Of a stretch of DNA of 64,000 nt, positions 54,261-64,000 are shown in pieces. Source of the stretch: Chrysomallon squamiferum (Eukaryota > Animalia > Mollusca); the NCBI GenBank assembly GCA_012295275.1, contig CM022679.1, forward strand, positions 1,240,001-1,304,000, written 5' to 3'. The notes beneath the pieces are model-generated. The model searched no databases. It had not been told where the DNA came from and saw only the letters and a list, made by a program, of their open reading frames with translations. How positions within the stretch are numbered: the first letter of the stretch is position 1; each line of letters starts with the position of its first letter. The translations under genes and the position numbers were made by a program.

Positions 54261-54461
54261 CTGTTTTAGTTTAAACAGTGAAAATCTGACTTATTACAGA
54301 TAAAAACGTTTTTAATTGTATTTTAGTTTAAACAGTGAAAATCTGACTTATTACAGATAAAAACGTTTTTAATTGTATTTTAGTTTAAACAGTGAAAATC
54401 TGACTTATTACAGATAAAAACGTTTTTAATTGTGTTTTAGTTTAAACAGTGAAAATCTGAC
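54261..54461 (+). repeat. 57-bp tandem repeat (3 full units + real exon start) containing the acceptor and first 21 nt of the ankyrin-2 exon
   Basis: TTTTAG|TTTAAACAGTGAAAATCTGAC with AG ending at 54269, 54326, 54383 and 54440. Confidence 0.95.
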
Positions 54462-54544
54462 GCCGTTGGACGTAGCTGTGATGACAAACAACATTCCGAT
54501 GGCGAAGATGTTGCTGCAGCATGGTGCAAGAGAGAGTCCTCTTT
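54441..54544 (+). CDS. ANKFN1: ANKFN1 ankyrin repeat 2 exon (LNSENLTPLDVAVMTNNIPMAKMLLQHGARESPL)
   Basis: tgtgttttag|, T|GTAAGT, phase 2-1; NS.GLTPLD.A.MTNN.P.A..LL..GA.ESP pattern characteristic of ANKFN1. Confidence 0.95.
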
Positions 54545-55498
54545 GTAAGTAGTTTTATTCCATTCCAGCATCTCAAATTCTTTAAATTATATTCAAGAGT
54601 ATAACACATCTAAACCCCAGCTAGAAACTTCTCTTAATCACCCTGCATATTTAATTTAAGTTTGAGAAAGTGTTTTAAGCTGTTATCACACTTGATTTGT
54701 GTTTTGTGAGGAACTGATGTATTTTCTTTTATAGCAGTATGGTTAGATGTACAATGGTCTGTATGTATGTCTGTCTGTATGTATATGCGTTTGTGTTTGT
54801 GTATGTGTCTGTATGTGTATTTTTTTTTGTTGGAATTATAATTTTTTGTTTTTATTTTAGGCTATAACATTTATTCTTTTGGTTCAGTACTTTGTATGTT
54901 CTGGTTGTTTTTTTTAGGTTTTTTAGGTTAAATTAAATATTTTTTGTTATTTTTATGTGATTCTGTTCAGTGTGTTACATGTTCTTTCAGTGTTGATTTA
55001 TGATTTTATGTTGGGCTTCAATTTCATACTTTGTGTTAAGTATAGAACATGTTGTTGTAGTTGTAGTTGTGTTTCACTTAGAATTCAGTTTTTTTTCTTA
55101 ATCTGCTAATTCATGCCTACCTCTGTGAGTTGCTAAGAGACTTATGACATCACTTTAATTATTAACTTGAGACATTTTGTAAGATGTAGCTAAAATGTCT
55201 GACATTTGATGATGTTTAATTATTCAAAGCATTTTGTAAAAGCAGCAACTTGGAGATCAGTTTGAACTGATTTGAAAACTCCTCCATAAAAAATTGATTT
55301 TGCTTCTGTTGCTGCTTTCATACACTGACATTCATTACTTTTCTTTCTATCTTTCTCTTTCATGAATTTTCAATAAATATCATTTAAATATGACATACTA
55401 AAGTTACTTTATTTCTGTCTGTGTGGTGGGTGGAAGCAATGTATGAATGAATTTCTTTATTTACTTTATATAAATAATTATTTATTTTTAGAGAGAAT

Positions 55499-55538
<40 letters not shown>

Positions 55539-56067
55539 TTATTATTATTACTACATTATATAGAAATAATTTATTAATTTTAAAAGGAATTTATTATAAT
55601 TATTATTATTATATAAAAGACTGGTAATATTTTTACTGAATGCTGTATAATCTGCTCCAGATGTTATGACCTTGAACTGACTTTCAAAACTGCTATGAGC
55701 ATGTACAGACAAAGAAACAATATTTAAGTTTTCAACACTTTAATTAATTGTGCACTGTGTGGGTCAGCAATGAAGTAAACAATTATTTCCTCTGAACAAA
55801 ACAATATTTTCAAACTGCAGGTTCTGTTTCAGCAGGTGTTTTGAAAGTGGAAGTCATTAAAAGAAAAAGTAACTGTTATTAAGGAATGGTCTGTGGTTTC
55901 TGAACAAGCAGTGTAATTACAGACAGTTTTGTGTGTGTGATCAAATATAGATTAGTTTTGTTTGTTGTTCCAAAACAAGTTTTGTGATAATACCTTTCTG
56001 TTTTATTTCTTCTCTTTTTTTTTCTTTTTTCTTTATTTCTTTATTTATGATTATTATTATTTAAAGT

Positions 56068-56123
<56 letters not shown>

Positions 56124-56195
56124 GGATATTTTTATAGTTATGCATTTTATTTTATCTTTTACTATTTTATTTACTTACTTACTTACTTACTTTGT

Positions 56196-56226
<31 letters not shown>

Positions 56227-58110
56227 TTACAAATGTTTTTCTTCTAACCATATATTGACAGCTAAATTTCATATTTCTGTTTATTCCATTCTAACCACAA
56301 ACTGCTGACTAATGAGTGATGTTATCTGTTTTTAATGAGAAAAAGAATTACTTACATTCCTTTTCAGTTCTCTTAAAGATAAACAACATCTTCACACTGT
56401 CAATAAAATTATTAAATATGTTTTTATTTAACATGGAATAGCTGCACATCAAAGGGATGTTTCAAACTTGAATGTTTTTTTAAAATATTTTTTTCTTTCA
56501 ATAATTGTTTTTTCTAAATTAAGCAAACATTCTCAAAATGTCTGTGTGTTTACTTGCCAAATAGTGCCCATGTTTGTGTTAGTTTTGCAATACTGAAGAT
56601 TTCATTTTGTTTAGTTTTGTTTGGTTTATTAGTTGTTATTTATTATGTTTTATTTTACTTATTATTTAATTCAGTTTAGTTTATTATTTATTTGCTTTTA
56701 TTTTTGTATATATATACTCATTTTATAAGTACTTTTTTTTAACTCTATTTTTCTTTTGTTATTTTATTGTTCAGTACTTAAGAGTACATCAAAGAAAGGG
56801 ATAATTAAAAGTATTTAAGTTTATTAACACATTCTTGTATGACTGTTTCACTGACTGTGAGGTAGACTATAAACAAGTTGTTTGTTGTGATCTCTGTATC
56901 ACAAAGGATTGGTTCAACACTTACACAGCTTAAAACACTTTCTTCACCTTCTGTGACCCATCCCTATAAAACATGCTTAAAGTCTTTTCTGTACATTTTC
57001 AATTTTGCTTCATTTTACCTTTTTCTTTCTTTCTTTAATATATAGATATTGATACTGTTCTTTTTGTTCTTGTTCTTCTAATTCTTATTTTTATTATTAA
57101 AACTTGGTTTTTTTGTTGTTTTTTTTGGTTCATAACAAATTTAGAACATGTACTTTAACAAAAAAGAGAAAAAAGATGAAACTGTCTTAAAAATGGACAA
57201 AAAAAATTCAGTTATTTGTTGTCTCCACAGGTCCACTCTAATTACTCCAAAAACTTTAATCTTTGCATTATTATTATTATGTGAAAATAATTCTAAAATT
57301 AAAAATATATGAAATATTTTCAGTTTCAATGACTTTATGGACTTTTTGTTGAAACTGGTCACTGAATTGACTTTGACATGAATATTTCAACACTGGTGTT
57401 TTTTACAAATGTTAGTTAAAAACTGCAAAAGTTGTTAATGTGACTTGTTTAATTTTTAAAGCTATTAAAAAGAAAATAATTCAATTATTTAGTCTTTTTA
57501 AAACAAATGTCAGCAAGGATTTCTGTAGAAGAAATATGGCATGTGATATGCAACTGTATACTTATTGCCTTATAACATAGCAGGAAATATACTGCAGAGT
57601 ACTATTAATTTATTATTTTGTCAAAATTACTTTGGTACTAAAATTTGAAGTTAGTTTTAAATTGATATATAACTGTAATAATATTATTTTATGCAGACAA
57701 ATTTCATCACTAGTTATATTTCTAATATTTTATTATTAAAACTAATAATTATGAACATAAATAACTTTCTGGAAAGCCAGTAGAATTCTTATCATATGAA
57801 TTTCTAAAACATCTCAAAACTGTTAACCATATATCATAATTATTTTAACACAAATCTTTTTTTTTTTTTTTTTTTCTCAATTTCTGATCCAGTTTCCACT
57901 CAAACTGATAATTTTCAAATATTTTTCAAAACTTTTACTTCTTTAACTTATTCCTAAAATTTCTGATCCAAACCCCTCCCCCCACCCAAACACTTTGAGT
58001 CTTGCCAAACATTTCTGGACAGTGTTTGAACGTTTTGTGTAGACAGACATGTTTAGAAGGAGGTGTCTGCCATGTTTGCTGTTGGTTTATGGGATTGTTT
58101 GGTGTTTCAG

Positions 58111-58244
58111 TTGAGCAGGGGCAGTGCAGACTGGACAGGCTGGAAATGCTTGTTGCGGAAGCTGAGAAGAAAGTTGTAGACCTCACAGCCATCGTCCTCA
58201 ACGGCTCCTCCGGAAATGTCAACATCTCACCTGCACAGCAGAAG
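58111..58244 (+). CDS. ANKFN1: ANKFN1 helical linker exon (FEQGQCRLDRLEMLVAEAEKKVVDLTAIVLNGSSGNVNISPAQQK)
   Basis: ggtgtttcag|, AAG|GTAAAA, phase 1-0; L..LV.EA...V.DL motif following the ankyrins in this family. Confidence 0.92.
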
Positions 58245-59128
58245 GTAAAAACCTCTTTGATGTTTACCTGTACTCACCTGTGATTATTTGCAACATTTGT
58301 ACTTACCTGTTATAACTGACAACAATTTAAACAAAAAAAAATAGTTTTTCTCTTAAGATTTTTTTTTTTTTGTGGGATTTTTTTATTTTTAATTAAGAAT
58401 TGATTATCAGATTTTTTTTTTTTTTTTTTTGTGTAACAACAATAATAAAATTAGTTGCTGTGATGATAATGATAGTTTCCAAACAGTTAATTTAATTTAT
58501 TATTTTTGATTTGTTTGCATATAATTAAAATATTTCAAAATAAATGTAGTCTTTGATGAATTTGTACAAATTTTTATTTATTTATTTATTTATATTTCTT
58601 TTTTCTTTATTATTTTTATAATGTCAATTAACTGTTTCTTCTTCTTCTTCTTTTTTTGTTATACTCTGAAAGAAAATTGATGTTACTTGTGTTATTGTTG
58701 TTACACATGAACACACCTAAACGTAAACATTTACACAGTTTTAGTTTTCAGTTCAGGGCCCAAGTTTCAGATTAAAGAGAAGATTTAGGCTCATTCACTG
58801 CAAGAAAACTCTTAAATTAAAGTTTCATTTACAACATGTTTGTTTGTAATTTTATCTAACTCAGACACATCCAAACCCAGCCTCCAAACATTTTAAAGCA
58901 GTTTAAAATTCTTAGTTGTAAATTTTAACTTCACAGTTTTATCATTTTACCTGTGTTATATAACCTCTTCTTTTTTTGTTTGTCTTTACTTTTATTTATT
59001 TATTTATTCACTTATTCTTATTGTTTTAATTTTTTGTTCAGCTACTAGAATTTAGTTTCAAAATATTTCCATATTATTCTGTTAGTAATGTAGAAATTGC
59101 TAACTGACAAAATAATAAAATGTAGATA

Positions 59129-59350
59129 TACTGAATTTTGTTTACAATAAGTTAATGTACTGAATTTTGTTTACAATAAGTTAAAGTACTGAAATTTGTT
59201 TACAGTAAGTTAAAGTATTGAATTCTGTTTACAATAAGTACAGAGTTTAGTTAATGTACTGAGTTTTGTTTACAATAAGTACTGAATTATGTTTACAGTA
59301 AGTACTGAAATTTGTTTCCAATAAGTTAATGTACTGAGTTTTGTTTACAG
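59129..59350 (+). repeat. 23-41-bp (mostly 29-bp) tandem repeat x8 whose last unit is the acceptor of exon 59351
   Basis: TACTGArTTTTGTTTACAr motif at ~59129, 59158, 59187, 59216, 59257, 59280, 59303, 59332. Confidence 0.88.
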
Positions 59351-59429
59351 GAAACCGAGAGTCAGCTGGGAGACTGGGAATATCGACATCGTTTACTGAA
59401 GAGAATGAAAGCAGGATACGACCACGCCC
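59351..59429 (+). CDS. ANKFN1: ANKFN1 exon (ETESQLGDWEYRHRLLKRMKAGYDHA-R)
   Basis: ttttgtttacag|, C|GTGAGT, phase 0-1; QL..WE.R.RL..RMK.G..HA motif preceding the FN3 domain. Confidence 0.94.
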
Positions 59430-59599
59430 GTGAGTTCTTCATAATAACCTACTTACAGAGCATGATGATGATATGATGATGATGATGATAAATAAGATAA
59501 ATAAAGAAATTTAAAAAGAATTGTATGCACATACACACATATATATATATTATTATTATTATTATTATTATTATTGTTGTTGTTGTTGTTGTACTGCAG

Positions 59600-59713
59600 G
59601 GCCGCCCGACCCACCCACCAATGTGTGCCTGTGTGTGACCAGCAGCTCCTCCCTGCTTGTCACGTTTGGAGAACCACTCAACCATAACGGCTCAGTCGTC
59701 ACCAAGTACAAAA
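59600..59713 (+). CDS. ANKFN1: ANKFN1 fibronectin type III domain, first half (PPDPPTNVCLCVTSSSSLLVTFGEPLNHNGSVVTKYK)
   Basis: gtactgcag|, A|GTAAGT, phase 1-1; canonical FN3 start P..PTNV.L.V.S..SL.V.F.EP...NG..VT.Y. Confidence 0.95.
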
Positions 59714-59762
59714 GTAAGTACACCACCTAGTCTAGTATCTTCATCAACACACACTTACTTAT

Positions 59763-59800
<38 letters not shown>

Positions 59801-61583
59801 ACACATATACCATTGTTTTTTTTAATAATTTCTGTACAGTAATGTTTGCACTGTCTGAACTAAGATATATTTTTTACTAACTTAAATTTTTTCAAGTTGT
59901 TAATGTTTGTCCTAATCACTAAATACCTGTCACATTTTTCTTACCTGTGAGGTATTTATGTCATTACATACAGTCTACAGGTATTACTCACTTCACCTGG
60001 AAAGGATTAGGATAATACATTTAGATAATGACTCAGATTAGCAAGGATTAAGTTTAATTTTAACTTGACAGCAGGAGGAAACTGGCAAATGGTTGTAAAA
60101 CTAAAATATAAACTATTTTAAAACTTGAATTAAGTTAAACACAACATCAAAGGTGTGAGAATGTTTGTTGTGATGGATTGTTTAAAACAGGTGGTCTTTC
60201 AACACAGGTTAGTTTTTGTTTGTAGTTCAGCTGGTTTTGTTAAAAAATTTAAAATAAAACCAAAAACATAGTTTTGTATTATACAATTCAGACATGTATG
60301 CAGTATTTCTAAGAATTTGGTTTGTTACATTAAACTGTTATTTTATTATTTTTTTATTTCAGTGAATTTTGTTTTATATATATATATATATATATATACA
60401 ATGCAAACATTATATTAGATTGATGCTTACATTATAATTACAAAACATTCATATTAAACAGGCTGTCACATTACAAAGTGATATAAATATCTACACTACA
60501 CAGGTGTTTGCATTATAGAGCTAGGAGCAGTTTGATGTTAACCATTGAACCATGTAACAAAACTGCTGATGTGTAACATAACAGAAATGTGTTATAGAGA
60601 GAAATGATGTAACAACACTCTGTTTATCAACTTGTTATTTCACATGCTACGTTTGATCTCTCATGTAATACAAAACTGTAGTCTGATGTTTAATACACTG
60701 TCCAAACACAAAACTGTATCCTTGATCCTTTTAGTTTCTCTATCACTAGTATTTGTAAACTCCCAGGTGCAATACAAAGCTGTATTCTACAGTTGAGTTA
60801 AGCAGTGGTATTTGGTGGATTAAGTCAGAGATTAATAAAAGGCTTTTTGACTTTTCTTTACATAACTCACTCAAGGTTGCACAATGTTGTGTGTTAATAT
60901 TTTATAATGTTTGCTGGCTCTTTCTTGTAGCAGTAAACATTTGTTTTTGTTCTGTCTTTTCTTTTAGATACACTTTCACGAATTGTGTGTTCTGCTTATT
61001 TCACAAACAATTACAGATTAAAGAGTAATTCTTGAATTAGAATTAAGCATAAATTAGAAATAGCAATCGGGGTGAATTCAGAAATATTTCACCATTCATA
61101 AATTTAAAAACAAAATTAAAAAAGAAATCATTTCTCAAGCACTACTACTATTGCTTTTGCTAATAGAACTAATAGACCACAACTACTACTACTCTACTGC
61201 AACCTGTACAGTTAACTACTACTGCTGCTGCTGCTACTCATACAGCTTCTACTGCAGCTGTTACTCTACCTATTCTCTACATCTACCACTACTACCATCA
61301 TTAATAATAATAACAACAACAACAACAATAATAATAATAATTAAGCAAAAAATAATCAAATAAAACATCTGATTATATGTACAAATTAATTTTTAAAATG
61401 TCTATATTTTCATTGTGTTACTATAAAATATTATTTGCGTTTTCAGTTGAATGGAGTTTTGCAGAAAGTTTTGTGTGTCTGGCAGGGGAGGCCACTCTGG
61501 AGGATGTGAGACAACTGCAGTATGAAATAAAGAAGCTGGAGAAAGGAGAAGCATATTTTGTGAGAGTCGCAGCCTGCAACATG

Positions 61584-63260
<1,677 letters not shown>

Positions 63261-63389
63261 TAATTTTTACAGTGATTATGTCTAATAAACCATTTTATGC
63301 TGAACTGTGATAAGTAGACAGTCTAACTAGTAGACTGAGAGACAGAAATAGATACATACAAATTAAAATAATTAAATTATAATTATAGC

Positions 63390-63444
<55 letters not shown>

Positions 63445-63580
63445 TTCATTATTATTATTATTATTATTTTCATTGATATGAATATTTATAATATTATTTT
63501 TTCTATTATTATAATTGTTGTTATTATTACTTTTGGTAGTATTACTATTACTATTATTATTGTTATTATTACTATTACAG

Positions 63581-63694
63581 ACTGGCGTGATATTGAAGGT
63601 TTGTCATCTCGGACTGATGGTAAAGTTCAGTCTTTGCAGACTTTGTTTCAACAAGTCAAACAGTGTAGACCAGCAGATGCTTCAGAAATCAGAG
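63581..63694 (+). CDS. ANKFN1: ANKFN1 post-FN3 exon (NWRDIEGLSSRTDGKVQSLQTLFQQVKQCRPADASEIR)
   Basis: actattacag|, G|GTAAAC, phase 1-1; PS-x-WRD motif follows FN3 in ANKFN1/wake. Confidence 0.92.
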
Positions 63695-63968
63695 GTAAAC
63701 AGTCACCTGTATTTACCTGTAATTACCTGTGTATCAAATATAAACACTATTTAATACATTACATAATTACCTGTGTATTAAACTAATACATCTAGTATTT
63801 AATGCATTATAACCTGTAATAGATAAATACATCTGCTACTTACATTATTTTAAATAAAAAAAAATATACTCAGGTCTTAATACGAAATTTGGTATTACAG
63901 CATTGATTAATCTGGCAGCTCAGTCTGAATATAACATTTCTCTCACCAATGAACGTATTATATTTCAG

Positions 63969-64000
63969 AATCGCCGGTAAGAAATTGTGACTCACCACTA
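63969..64000 (+). CDS. ANKFN1: ANKFN1 next exon, runs off window (ESPVRNCDSPL..)
   Basis: tatatttcag| acceptor, phase 1 (G+AA=Glu), open to window end; an internal CCG|GTAAGA at 63977 could alternatively close an 8-nt exon. Confidence 0.7.

Noticed and set aside
57935-58225. Minus-strand ORFs overlapping real exons (also 13058-13373, 59449-59685)
   Set aside because: Antisense shadows of GC-richer plus-strand coding exons.

Overview
AT-rich, CpG-depleted, microsatellite-laden animal (eukaryotic) genomic DNA, probably a gastropod mollusc (inferred from an old tRNA-derived SINE family; not proven). The window is the interior of one large plus-strand, intron-rich gene: an ANKFN1 / Drosophila wide-awake (wake/banderuola) orthologue. 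By hand I chained 15 GT-AG exon segments (1-31, 934-1112, 9366-9458, 22025-22143, 31790-31821, 45108-45256, 47273-47380, 52097-52175, 54441-54544, 58111-58244, 59351-59429, 59600-59713, 61447-61635, 63581-63694, 63969-64000+) into one stop-free, phase-compatible frame: Ser/Thr/Arg-rich N-terminus, two ankyrin repeats, helical linker, FN3 domain. Start and stop lie outside the window. Two or three phase-compatible alternative first coding exons sit in the long introns. The most striking feature is that splice junctions have repeatedly been tandemly amplified. Five exons of the chain (plus one alternative exon, in decayed form) are abutted by arrays whose unit contains that exon's own donor or acceptor, often with 20-50 nt of the exon. 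Most decoy sites lead straight to a stop codon, but two FN3-exon decoy donors are in frame. Almost all long ORFs in the supplied track are microsatellite artefacts. No CRISPR, rRNA or intact tRNA gene was seen.
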